Position numbers and translations under genes: made by a program. From IMG/VR virus record IMGVR_UViG_3300020045_007310, positions 1 through 45,078 of that record: a DNA stretch of 45,078 nucleotides. The stretch is one strand, 5' to 3'. Positions 36,548 through 45,078 of the stretch are shown in pieces. Origin of the DNA: a virus (lineage: Duplodnaviria > Caudoviricetes). Numbering within the stretch: the stretch's first letter is position 1; each line of letters begins with the position of its first letter. Under the pieces are notes generated by a model. That model was given only the letters and a program-made list of their open reading frames with translations, was not told the origin of the DNA and did not search any database.

Positions 36548-37816
36548 TTAAAATGGAACATTTTCGCCCAGAAAGTATCTTTTATTTGCTGGCTCGTATA
36601 AAATTTTACTCGTTTCAGTGCTTTCTTTTATAAAATCTTTCGCGTAACTATCTCCAAGTGTTTCAGATGTTATTTTTAAAAATGCGCGCTTTATTCTATC
36701 TTTTAAATCAGCATACATTATTCCTTTATCATTTAAATTTTCTTTGGTGTTGTAGTGAGTAAATGATAAATGAATAATTTCCGTTGCATTGCTATTTAAT
36801 TTATCTTTTTTGCTAACGGTTTCTTTTCGTTGTCGCGGTTTTGTTTCTCCGATTTCGTAGTCGATGATTTCTGGATTTCCGTTTTCTGAAATTTCAAAAG
36901 CAAACGGGTCTGGTTTTCGGTTTCTAGTAGCTAACGATTTTACTATTCTTACATTATCATTATCCTTGTCAATACTGACACCTAACACGGTTTCGCTTTT
37001 ATCAGCAAGTTTAGTTCCTAAGTGTCCTTTCATTTTATGTGATAAATCACCAGGGTTTAAGTGAATAACATTCAGTATATGCAAATCGTTTTCGGTTGCC
37101 CAAATACGTAAATCAGTAACCAATCTATCAGCTAATTTCAAATCATTGGTATCAACTGATAAATCACTAATACCATCAATAATAACTAAGCTATATTTTT
37201 TACTATAAACTAATTCTTTTACATAAGTATAACGGCTATCCGTATCAACCGCATCAAATTGATAAACATCAATATTTTCACTTACTGTATTAAAATCATT
37301 ATTATTGTTTTCGTGGTCTTCTATTATTGATTTTATTTGTTTTAATCCTAATTGAACATGAAATTTTGATTGTTCGGTGTCAATATACAGTATTTTATCG
37401 CGTCCGTCTGGCATTTCGGAATTAAGTCTATTTTGGAATGTTTTCTTTTTTAAACAGCATGAAATAATAAGTTTTATAAGAAATGTTTTCCCGACTTTGG
37501 CTTGTGCGGTAACACATGAAATATTTTGCCTAGTCATTACCATTCGCTTATTATTTCCATCAACATCACAAACGCTAAGAATGATTTCTGGCAAAGGAAT
37601 TTCTTCATTAATATCAATTTTATATTTTTGAAGATTGTTATTTCCACTTGCGTCTGCAAACATTTTGAAAAGTAGTTCGTATTCAGATTTTAATTCATCT
37701 GGAATTTCGGCATTATATTGAATAAATTCGGCAACAAAAAAATCATAACGACTTTTATAATCTGGAACAATATACTTTGTATCGGTATTTATAAAATCTG
37801 AATTATTAAGCTCCAT
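36548..37816 (-). CDS. AAA_25 / RecA-family (RepA/DnaB-like) helicase
   Basis: Walker A AQAKVGKT; LYIDTEQ; Walker B VIIDGI; HLN...KGHLGT. Confidence 0.85.
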   Translation of the reverse strand: MELNNSDFINTDTKYIVPDYKSRYDFFVAEFIQYNAEIPDELKSEYELLFKMFADASGNNNLQKYKIDINEEIPLPEIILSVCDVDGNNKRMVMTRQNISCVTAQAKVGKTFLIKLIISCCLKKKTFQNRLNSEMPDGRDKILYIDTEQSKFHVQLGLKQIKSIIEDHENNNNDFNTVSENIDVYQFDAVDTDSRYTYVKELVYSKKYSLVIIDGISDLSVDTNDLKLADRLVTDLRIWATENDLHILNVIHLNPGDLSHKMKGHLGTKLADKSETVLGVSIDKDNDNVRIVKSLATRNRKPDPFAFEISENGNPEIIDYEIGETKPRQRKETVSKKDKLNSNATEIIHLSFTHYNTKENLNDKGIMYADLKDRIKRAFLKITSETLGDSYAKDFIKESTETSKILYEPANKRYFLGENVPF

Positions 37817-37830
37817 GTAGTTAGTTTTTT

Positions 37831-37946
37831 AAAAATAAAAAGACCCAGTAGCCATCACACTAAAGGGTCTTTTCTTGTTCCATACTTTCTAGTAATTAGA
37901 ACAGTATTTTATCGCAAGAGGTGATGGTTTGCTGATTGCAAATATA
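37831..37946 (-). ncRNA. Kissing-loop leader C
   Basis: -7 TATATTTG (37939-37946); HP1 AUC.GCAA..UUGCGAU with loop CCAUCAC (37921-37927); middle hairpin 37882-37907; AAAAGACCC/GGGUCUUUU hairpin with loop GUGAUGG (37852-37858), then U-tract. Confidence 0.78.
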
Positions 37947-37975
37947 CACAATAAAATTAAAATTTTCCTTACTTA

Positions 37976-39583
37976 TTAAAATTTTTCCTTAGCAGACTTG
38001 CTTTTATGACAGGCTCTGCATAAACTTTGCAAGTTTTCAACTGAATTTTTACCACCTTTACTAATTGGTATTTTGTGGTCAATATCAAACTCCCTTTCTA
38101 CTAAATCAGTATTACAAATATTGCATTTATAATCATGCGCGCTTGCTATTGATTGCTTTTCAAACTCACTAAATAATTTACGATTACTGGTTTCATCGAA
38201 TTGTTCTTTTTTATTCACAAATATAATTTTTTGTTTTGCACGTGAAAGCGCAACATACAATAATTGATTTGCATCCAAATGATTCAACATAAAAAAGTCA
38301 TACGCTGGAATAATAACAGTATCGTATGTGCTACCTTGTGCCTTGTGGCAAGTAATAGCGTACGGTTTTTTAAGTTTAGCAAAGCTGTTTTGATAATCAG
38401 AAAAGCGAGTATTCAAATCCGATAAGAATTTTTTATTTTCTACAACGTTTTTTCCTTGTTTAATGTGTTCAATATAGGTTTTACGTTGTCCGTAAACCGA
38501 TTGACTTAAACCACCGCCATTAGCTCCGTACAAACCGCCTTGAATATATCTTATTTTTTGTTCATTCAAATCACTATCAAGAACCGTTATTTCATTATAA
38601 ATAATCGACTTAATCATTTTGTCTTTTATTTTAAATGTTTCAGATATATTTTTTTCAATGGCAATAATTTCCACTATATTACTTGTGTAGAATTTTGTTT
38701 CATGCGTTTTTGATTTATGTAAATAAAACTGGTCAAACATTAATTCATCGCCAACGTTGTGTTCATTCAATCGATAATCTTTACGCATTGATTTCGTGCT
38801 TCCAATTAACCAATTAAAATTCAACACCGATAAATTCTTGAAACAAACAGCGGTACAGTTATTATTTTTGATTATTTCTTTTAATTGTTTATCGTGAATA
38901 TCAAAATACAGAATATCAACACCGTTATTTTTTTTACTAGCTAAGCTAATAGGATTCATTTTCGATAGCATGTGTTTGCGAAAATTACTCACCAAATCAA
39001 ATAATGCAGTTCCCTCCTTTTGTCGATTCTGAATTGTTAATGTAAATGAATTTTCTTCTGGTATTTCAAGAAAAATACGACTAACTTGAAAACCATCGCT
39101 ATTACGAACAATATTTTGCTTTTCTTCCTCTATTGGTGGCAACTGTAAATAATCACCCAACAATATTAATTTACAATGTTCTTTAAGTTGTTCAAGCAGT
39201 TTGAATTTTGAATAACTAATTAGTGAAATTTCATCAATAACGATTAAAGGCGGTATTTGACTTTTACTTGGAAATGAATAAGATATTGTTTGGTTATTTT
39301 CGTGGTCGCGTTTTATTTTGAATTTCAAAAATCCGTCAATAGTTTTTATTTCTGGATTTTTAAAACCCGCGCTTTCAAGTCCGTTTTTTAAAACCGTTGT
39401 TACTTTATTGGTTGCTCCTAGAAACAACACTTTTCTTTTGTAGTTGGTTATTGTGTTGCAAATGGTAAATGTTTTACCAGTGCCCCCACCGCCATATACT
39501 CCGAAATAACCATTATTATCTGAAGCAAGAAAAGTATTTAATTTTTCTTTTAATTGTTGTTGTTCTTGGTTTAATTGTATCAT
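37976..39583 (-). CDS. Dda/RecD-like SF1B helicase fused to C-terminal HNH endonuclease
   Basis: GGGGTGKT, IDEISLI, LGDYLQLPPI, YAITCHKAQGSTYD, LYVALSRAK; then CNIC...DIDHKIPISKGGKNSVENLQSLCRACH. Confidence 0.9.
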   Translation of the reverse strand: MIQLNQEQQQLKEKLNTFLASDNNGYFGVYGGGGTGKTFTICNTITNYKRKVLFLGATNKVTTVLKNGLESAGFKNPEIKTIDGFLKFKIKRDHENNQTISYSFPSKSQIPPLIVIDEISLISYSKFKLLEQLKEHCKLILLGDYLQLPPIEEEKQNIVRNSDGFQVSRIFLEIPEENSFTLTIQNRQKEGTALFDLVSNFRKHMLSKMNPISLASKKNNGVDILYFDIHDKQLKEIIKNNNCTAVCFKNLSVLNFNWLIGSTKSMRKDYRLNEHNVGDELMFDQFYLHKSKTHETKFYTSNIVEIIAIEKNISETFKIKDKMIKSIIYNEITVLDSDLNEQKIRYIQGGLYGANGGGLSQSVYGQRKTYIEHIKQGKNVVENKKFLSDLNTRFSDYQNSFAKLKKPYAITCHKAQGSTYDTVIIPAYDFFMLNHLDANQLLYVALSRAKQKIIFVNKKEQFDETSNRKLFSEFEKQSIASAHDYKCNICNTDLVEREFDIDHKIPISKGGKNSVENLQSLCRACHKSKSAKEKF

Positions 39584-39603
39584 TTTGTGATGGTATTAGG
39601 TTA

Positions 39604-39628
39604 TAAACCCCGATTGTTCGTCGGGGTT
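39604..39628 (-). terminator. Terminator-like hairpin after SSB
   Basis: AACCCCGA-ttgttcg-TCGGGGTT. Confidence 0.65.
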
Positions 39629-39675
39629 GTTATTAAGTTTATTATATTTGTAACTTATTGATTATCAGTAAGTTA

Positions 39676-40053
39676 TCAGAAAGGCAAATCATCATCTTCC
39701 TCTGGGTTAATATTGCCTTGAATTTCAGTTGCGCCTTGAGAATCATTGCCAGAATTAGCAAAATGTTTAATATTTCCGAGAATCGGTAGTTTAATTTTTT
39801 GCGCTTCTTCTTTTCCGAGTTCTTTATACTTTTCGGTATCTAATTTTTGAGAAATAAAACCATCTTGACCGTATTGGTCTGGTTCGTCGCGAATAATTAC
39901 GCTACAATTCAAATAAACAGCACCGTCTTTTTCGGTAAAGTAGTTCGCGTCAATTGGAACTAATAAGCATTTTGCGCCTTTTTTCGTTGTAATAATTGCG
40001 CTTTGTAATTTTGTCATGGCTATTGAGCCAGAATACACTTTTTGATTACTCAT
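39676..40053 (-). CDS. Single-stranded DNA-binding protein (Bacteroidota-phage type)
   Basis: Acidic C-terminus EEDDDLPF; PILGN motif; adjacent to the recombinase. Confidence 0.75.
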   Translation of the reverse strand: MSNQKVYSGSIAMTKLQSAIITTKKGAKCLLVPIDANYFTEKDGAVYLNCSVIIRDEPDQYGQDGFISQKLDTEKYKELGKEEAQKIKLPILGNIKHFANSGNDSQGATEIQGNINPEEDDDLPF

Positions 40054-40115
40054 TGTTTTTATTGTTAAGGATTATTAAAAATTTTATTATTGTTGTTAAT
40101 TTTATTTTTTTTGGT

Positions 40116-41231
40116 TTATTCTTTTTTGTCCGCTTCTGGCAGTGATGCCAGTTTATTCTGAATTTCCAATACTTGTTCAGCAGTAGCAATTACATTTCCA
40201 TCTTCAATTGCTTTCAATGCTTTTAACATTGTGGCTTTTGTACTGATTAGTGTTTTCTTTAATTGCGCATCTGTTAGTGTTGGGATTTCTTTAGCGTCAA
40301 CAACATCGAAATTAGTAACATTCGGTAATGGTTTATTTTGTTGTTCTACTTTAGACGGTTCGGTGTTGTTTTTTTCTTTGGTTTTTGGTTGTTCCGTTTC
40401 TTCTGGCGGTGTTAATTCGGCTTTTCTTTTGTCTTTAATCTCGATGAATTTTTTATTAGTTTGTAAGTTTTTATATTTACTCCAAACAGTTTTTAAGTCA
40501 TCAGTATTTGCGACAATTTCCATTTCATTAATAGCTACTTGTAATTCACTTTCGCCACTATTACACCAATTGGCAATTTGTTCACCAGTTTTTTCGGTAA
40601 TTAAAAACGGTTGTTTGCCCTCAAATAAATTAGTACGGTCTTTTGACGGTGTTGCAAGGTGAGTATCTCGGTCAATATTCAAACTAATTGTAAGTTCATA
40701 TTCCCAACCGTCGCGTTGCAAATCTTTCATTCCAACTTTTTTAACCTTGCCTCCTTCTTGTATTGTTTCTGTTTTAGAACGAGTACAAGTAATAATGTGC
40801 ATCCCAGAATGTAGAACCGAGTTCACAAATTTGTCGTGTCTAGGTGTTGATTTTGACCAAGCCGCCCAAGTATTGCCTCTGAAACTTGTATGTGCTAATG
40901 TTTCGTTTTGCTCAAGTAATGTAGTCCATTCATGCGAACTACTGTCAATAATCGCTACTTCGATTCCAGCTTGTTCGCAAACTTGTAATGCTTCAGTGTA
41001 TTTTTCTGGCGTAAAAGGTGGTGTTAAATCAATAACAGAAAATTCACCTAAATCACTATATAAACTCGCACTACCGTTCTCGGTGTCAATAACAGCAATT
41101 TTTGACCAATCACCGCAAAGACCTTTAGCCATTCTTAAAGCTGAATAAGTTTTTCCAGCACCAGATGGAGCAGAAATATTTAATCTTAGCTTTACTTGTT
41201 TTCTTGTTGCTTTTTTTAATAATAAACTCAT
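40116..41231 (-). CDS. Sak4-like (AAA_24) recombinase/ATPase
   Basis: APSGAGKT, IAVIDTENGS, IIDSSSHEW, EYELT, KDRT. Confidence 0.88.
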   Translation of the reverse strand: MSLLLKKATRKQVKLRLNISAPSGAGKTYSALRMAKGLCGDWSKIAVIDTENGSASLYSDLGEFSVIDLTPPFTPEKYTEALQVCEQAGIEVAIIDSSSHEWTTLLEQNETLAHTSFRGNTWAAWSKSTPRHDKFVNSVLHSGMHIITCTRSKTETIQEGGKVKKVGMKDLQRDGWEYELTISLNIDRDTHLATPSKDRTNLFEGKQPFLITEKTGEQIANWCNSGESELQVAINEMEIVANTDDLKTVWSKYKNLQTNKKFIEIKDKRKAELTPPEETEQPKTKEKNNTEPSKVEQQNKPLPNVTNFDVVDAKEIPTLTDAQLKKTLISTKATMLKALKAIEDGNVIATAEQVLEIQNKLASLPEADKKE

Positions 41232-41237
41232 AATCTT

Positions 41238-41345
41238 AAAAGTAAAAACCCTTATAAAAATCTTTGTCGGCTAGAACAAAGCATTATAAGGGTAGTTATA
41301 ATTTTGTGAACAATTCTAGCCAATTGTTTTCGTGGTGCTAATATA
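41238..41345 (-). ncRNA. Kissing-loop leader D
   Basis: -7 TATATTAG (41338-41345); HP1 AACAAUU..AAUUGUU with GGCUAGA (41315-41321); ACCCUUAUAA/UUAUAAGGGU plus CUUUGU/ACAAAG hairpin with loop UCUAGCC (41269-41275), then UUUU. Confidence 0.8.
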
Positions 41346-41356
41346 CGAAAAATTAT

Positions 41357-41830
41357 TTATCTTTTCTGTTTTACTAATAAATAACTTTTACCAATATTTA
41401 ATTCTGGTATTGGTTGCATTTCTGAATTTTCATCAATCCAGTATTTTACACCGTCTTCTTCTGTTGTTTGAACAACGCCTTTTACAATTCCTTTAAAAGC
41501 GGTTTTGAATTTGTCTTCTAAGGCTTTTTTGTCATTGTCTAGTTGTACAATCTGCGGAATATTTTTAAAACTGTACAGTTCTTTTCCATTAACCATTTTG
41601 ATTTCAAACCCACAATACCCCTCCGGGTACTGACTAGCCTCGTTTGCTATTTCATTAATTCGATTGTCTTCAAATGTTTTGACAATTTCGTTAATCTTAT
41701 CGGCTTGTGTGCGTGCGTTACGCATCTTAATAAGTGCGTCAAGGTTCGATAATTCGCCCTCAATTACTTGGTTTTCGATTTCTAGTAATTCGCTTTGAAT
41801 TTCTAAAAACATTTCATTTGCTTTACTCAT
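41357..41830 (-). CDS. Conserved phage protein of the recombination module
   Basis: ORF track; adjacent to the Sak4-like gene. Confidence 0.75.
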   Translation of the reverse strand: MSKANEMFLEIQSELLEIENQVIEGELSNLDALIKMRNARTQADKINEIVKTFEDNRINEIANEASQYPEGYCGFEIKMVNGKELYSFKNIPQIVQLDNDKKALEDKFKTAFKGIVKGVVQTTEEDGVKYWIDENSEMQPIPELNIGKSYLLVKQKR

Positions 41831-41874
41831 ATCTCTATTATTTTTTAAATTAAATCCCGATGCGATGGGAGGGG

Positions 41875-42555
41875 TTAGTTAACTGATTCTTTTGGACTTT
41901 CTACAATCTGTTTATCTTTCAATATTTCAGAAACTACTTCGGAATCAATATCGCTTAATTGTGCGTTTTTATATGCTTTCTCAAAAAATGAATAAGCAAC
42001 TTGTAAATTAGATTCGGCAAGAACTACATAATCATCATATATTTTCAGAAAGTGAGTTAATCGATATTTTTTATAACTGATTTCTGAAATTTCGGCAAAT
42101 ATTCTTTGTTGAATTTCTAAAAAAGAAGCGTTAGCCTCATTATATTTTTTAATCTCTGATTTTAAATCAGCATTATGTTGTAAAACTTCTTTTAAAGAAA
42201 TAGCCTCGTCTTCAGTATAAAACAAATTTGATTTTATTTCTTGCTTTCTATCAACTTGCTTTTTTGCATATTGCGTATTTGTTTCGTAATCTTTACCAAT
42301 ATTGTGAGAAGATAAAGCTGTTACGTAAATAAGTTCACAATATAGTTCAGCATCTGATTCTTTTAAAAACAGCTTACTATCATAACCTACTGTATAAAAC
42401 TTTGTTGTAGGTGGCTGAACTTCTTTTAGTTCTCCCACTGGTTTAATAGGCATTACAATACCTTTGTTTGCACATTCAATTCGTGCGTAATACTCTACTT
42501 GTTCGTCAGATAAAGTAATTTTTTCTTCATCGTTTAAATCATAAAATGTTCTCAT
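41875..42555 (-). CDS. Hypothetical protein downstream of leader E
   Basis: 226-aa ORF. Confidence 0.8.
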   Translation of the reverse strand: MRTFYDLNDEEKITLSDEQVEYYARIECANKGIVMPIKPVGELKEVQPPTTKFYTVGYDSKLFLKESDAELYCELIYVTALSSHNIGKDYETNTQYAKKQVDRKQEIKSNLFYTEDEAISLKEVLQHNADLKSEIKKYNEANASFLEIQQRIFAEISEISYKKYRLTHFLKIYDDYVVLAESNLQVAYSFFEKAYKNAQLSDIDSEVVSEILKDKQIVESPKESVN

Positions 42556-42569
42556 AATCTCATATAATT

Positions 42570-42679
42570 AAAAAAACCAATTTACTACTAACAACTCTGG
42601 AACCGTTGCTTTGGTAAATTGGCTATTTGTGTTTTGTTTGCTAGGTTGTTCCAGAACCTTTAGTGCTGATGCGAATATA
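42570..42679 (-). ncRNA. Kissing-loop leader E
   Basis: -7 TATATTCG (42672-42679); HP1 AGGUU-CUGGAAC-AACCU (42643-42659); CCAAUUUAC/GUAAAUUGG plus CAAC/GUUG hairpin with loop GUUCCAG (42597-42603), then U7. Confidence 0.8.
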
Positions 42680-42711
42680 CAAATTAATCCCTATTACACA
42701 ACCGTTTTAAT

Positions 42712-42734
42712 TAATTTATACTGATTCTATTTAA
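42712..42734. promoter_or_regulatory. 23-bp recurrent palindromic box TAATTTATACTGATTCTATTTAA
   Basis: Upstream of the leader E promoter; the most degenerate copy. Confidence 0.4.
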
Positions 42735-42934
42735 TAGAAAATCGGTTCTTCATCGAAATTCATTTTGCTAGGAACTAACAGAAAACTATCTTTTTTTTCG
42801 ATTATGAATATAGAAGATAATGATTGTTTGTTTTGTCGTGATACAAACCCATCCGTGTTAATTCCTAATTTTATAGCCTTGCTCATTGTTAAGTCGTATG
42901 GCATCCCCGATTGTTGTATTAATTCAGCTATCAT
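42731..42934 (-). CDS. Hypothetical protein
   Basis: ORF track. Confidence 0.65.
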   Translation of the reverse strand: MIAELIQQSGMPYDLTMSKAIKLGINTDGFVSRQNKQSLSSIFIIEKKDSFLLVPSKMNFDEEPIFY

Positions 42935-43110
42935 AACTCTCTCTTTTTACCAAACCCGTTTCGATTAAGTTCTTTGCATTGGTTTGCGATGTGGATGATG
43001 GCGTAAAAGAACACCGCAATCATGCATATAATTGCAATTCCTTTGTCTATTAAGTCAATTATAAAAATTAGTAATAGTGCGAGTAGTAGTGTAATGGTTG
43101 GTTTTATAGC

Positions 43111-43314
43111 TTATTTAGTTTTTATGATTTTAGCAAATCCGTTGGTTTCGCTCCAAAGAATAGTGTCAACTTCATTTTCATTAAAAATGTAAAAGCCGTT
43201 AGCCTCATTTCCGTAAATTCTAGATTCATCGTAGTTAGATTTATCTCCCCAAGAATCCTCAACGGTAATTGCGTCTTTGAAATGAGATTTGATTTGTTCT
43301 AGTGTTGGTTTCAT
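43111..43314 (-). CDS. Hypothetical protein
   Basis: ORF track; ATGA coupling. Confidence 0.7.
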   Translation of the reverse strand: MKPTLEQIKSHFKDAITVEDSWGDKSNYDESRIYGNEANGFYIFNENEVDTILWSETNGFAKIIKTK

Positions 43315-43634
43315 TTGTGTAGCTTTTTATTATGTTCAATTCCGTTAATAATGCCATGCAAATAAGCAATCACTACATTTTCTTTTCCACTTGCAGATGA
43401 TTGTAATCTAGCTTGATATGGCGATTCATTAGGATTAACATCGTGATAAACTTGGTAAAAAGTTTCTACAGTATCAATTTTAAACCAATGCTTCGTGATT
43501 CTTTCGTAAGAACTAATTAAAATACTATTATCGTATTTTAAAGCCTCTTGAAGTTCGGTATTTATGTTGTCGTTAAATAACACCGATTTCATTTTTATTC
43601 TATCGTAATCTGTTAAGTACATATACAGTCCCAT
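43311..43634 (-). CDS. Hypothetical protein
   Basis: ORF track. Confidence 0.7.
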   Translation of the reverse strand: MGLYMYLTDYDRIKMKSVLFNDNINTELQEALKYDNSILISSYERITKHWFKIDTVETFYQVYHDVNPNESPYQARLQSSASGKENVVIAYLHGIINGIEHNKKLHK

Positions 43635-43646
43635 AATAATAAAATA

Positions 43647-43868
43647 TTAGTTAATTAAAGACCATTTAAGGTCGTTTTTGTCATCAAAAACAAAAGTAAG
43701 TTCTTCTTTTGCTTTTTCGTTATGCCATCGCCATTCATAGTTTTTAAAATTGTAATATCCGATATACAATTCGTCATCAAACAATATTAAAACATCAATG
43801 CTATAATGTCCGTTTGTTTCAATGTCTACTGGTGGGTAAGCATTTGAGTTTTTCAATTCTAGTTTCAT
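43647..43868 (-). CDS. Hypothetical protein (DUF551-like)
   Basis: PP......S.DVLI....YIGYY...W pattern. Confidence 0.6.
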   Translation of the reverse strand: MKLELKNSNAYPPVDIETNGHYSIDVLILFDDELYIGYYNFKNYEWRWHNEKAKEELTFVFDDKNDLKWSLIN

Positions 43869-44284
43869 TTGTGTAGGGGTATTAGTCTTTTTTCGTGAAT
43901 TGAATAATGAGTTAAAATTTTAGACTCATTTAGCGAAAGCAAAGCTTTTAAACTAACATCTTCTAAAATTCTATTTCCAGTACAACAAACATCGTAAGTA
44001 AGTTGTTCCGTATTTGGCAAATCCTTTTCTGAATTAATTGAAATCCAGCCGAAATTGTCGTCGATGCCTTGTAGGGATTTGGGGCGGTATGTATCAATTA
44101 AAGTCCGTCCGTTTATTCCGTCAAAATATTGATTTTTTAAATCCATCCCGCTTGTATCTACAAAATCATATAAATATTTAAAATACCATCCATCACAGTC
44201 TATTTTACCCATTAACGAATTATATTTTTCTTTACCGATTATTTCAATCCATTTTTCTTTTATTACTTCTTCTTTACTTTTCAT
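43865..44284 (-). CDS. Conserved Flavobacteriia-phage protein (RPKSLQGIDDNFGWISI.SEKDLP...THY)
   Basis: Recurrent motif recalled from Flavobacterium phages. Confidence 0.75.
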   Translation of the reverse strand: MKSKEEVIKEKWIEIIGKEKYNSLMGKIDCDGWYFKYLYDFVDTSGMDLKNQYFDGINGRTLIDTYRPKSLQGIDDNFGWISINSEKDLPNTEQLTYDVCCTGNRILEDVSLKALLSLNESKILTHYSIHEKRLIPLHK

Positions 44285-44736
44285 ACTCCAATTATTTTAT
44301 TTGCGTTTTCAGTTAGTTCTAGGTTGTAAGGCGTGAGGGATTCGAGGTTTTTTATGCCTAATGATTTATTCCATGTTTGCGAAATAGAATCATAGTGGAA
44401 AGCGTGTACAGTATTTTTTAAAGAAACCGTTTTTGTTATTCCGTGTTGTGTATCTGGATAATTTACCACCTCAAACCCTTTAAACAAAACTTTGTCTAGT
44501 GCTTCTAAATATTTCTTTTCATCTAGCAATGCATCGCTGTCCATTCCGTCGTAAATAATTGGCATTTCCAACGGCAACCCATCTTTACCACAAGGCACAA
44601 AATCGCTTAATTGTGGTTGGCGTGAAAGGAAATTGGCGTAGTTTAAGCAATCTTTGTATTTGTTTGATGGATTATATTCGTTTGGATTATTTTCTTGCTC
44701 CAATACGAAAGCAACCATTCCAATAAGTGTTTTCAT
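44281..44736 (-). CDS. Conserved Flavobacteriia-phage protein (NYANFLSR...FVPC..G..LE.P...VLFKGFE)
   Basis: Recurrent motif recalled from Flavobacterium phages. Confidence 0.75.
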   Translation of the reverse strand: MKTLIGMVAFVLEQENNPNEYNPSNKYKDCLNYANFLSRQPQLSDFVPCGKDGLPLEMPIIYDGMDSDALLDEKKYLEALDKVLFKGFEVVNYPDTQHGITKTVSLKNTVHAFHYDSISQTWNKSLGIKNLESLTPYNLELTENANKIIGV

Positions 44737-44745
44737 TTCTTTAAG

Positions 44746-45060
44746 TTATTTGTTTAAAGTGGTTCTATATCTTTCTAAGCATTCATCGGTAGTTAACCAA
44801 ATATCTTTCAATATCCACCATCCGTCTTTTGCAGAACATGGCGTTGCGTTCGCGTTTAGCCAAACTCCAAATCCAATCAATTCACTATCCCTCTCTTTCG
44901 ATTGCTGTGCGTGGAAGTCGAGCATGGCGTTGATTGCCGATTCTTGTGTAATATGCAATAAATCACAATTGCCAAAATCTTTATCGTTGTGATTTTTATA
45001 CATTCTTGATTCTTGATGTGAAAGGATTTCTTTCGCTTCTGTTCTAAGATTTTCGTTCAT
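44746..45060 (-). CDS. Hypothetical protein
   Basis: ORF track; its 5' part is duplicated at 1-103 by the overlap. Confidence 0.7.
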   Translation of the reverse strand: MNENLRTEAKEILSHQESRMYKNHNDKDFGNCDLLHITQESAINAMLDFHAQQSKERDSELIGFGVWLNANATPCSAKDGWWILKDIWLTTDECLERYRTTLNK

Positions 45061-45078
45061 GGTTAGATTGATTTGATT
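44958..45078. repeat. Terminal direct repeat, right copy
   Basis: Identical to 1-121. Confidence 0.95.

Overview
This window is an apparently complete, circularly assembled ~44.96-kb dsDNA phage genome: bases 1-121 are identical to 44958-45078. It is AT-rich and almost entirely encoded on the minus strand. Bacteroidota-type -7 promoters (TAnnTTTG), the absence of Shine-Dalgarno motifs and the gene content point to a siphovirus of Flavobacterium or a related host. Modules in transcription order (right to left): small early genes; recombination/replication genes (Sak4-like ATPase, SSB, Dda/RecD-like helicase fused to HNH, AAA_25 helicase, putative origin, GIY-YIG protein); terS/terL; a lone plus-strand secreted-protein moron; portal, protease and HK97-type capsid; head-tail, tail tube, tape measure and tail tip/fibre genes; a membrane-protein-rich lysis region with a CHAP endolysin; then ~10 kb of small accessory genes. 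I found no integrase, DNA polymerase, tRNA, RT or CRISPR array. The most striking signal is non-coding. Five 5' leaders (~8.0, 9.3, 37.9, 41.3 and 42.6 kb) share one architecture: promoter, hairpin 1, optional middle hairpin, terminator-like hairpin with U-tract, then the start codon. In every copy the hairpin-1 loop is perfectly complementary (7-8 nt) to the terminator-hairpin loop, and each copy uses a different sequence. This suggests a family of 'barcoded' kissing-loop attenuators. Other signals are a recurrent 23-bp palindrome upstream of five promoters, a possibly bistable late-operon leader, and a direct-repeat-flanked SEC-C cassette. All annotation was done by eye; no database searches were run.
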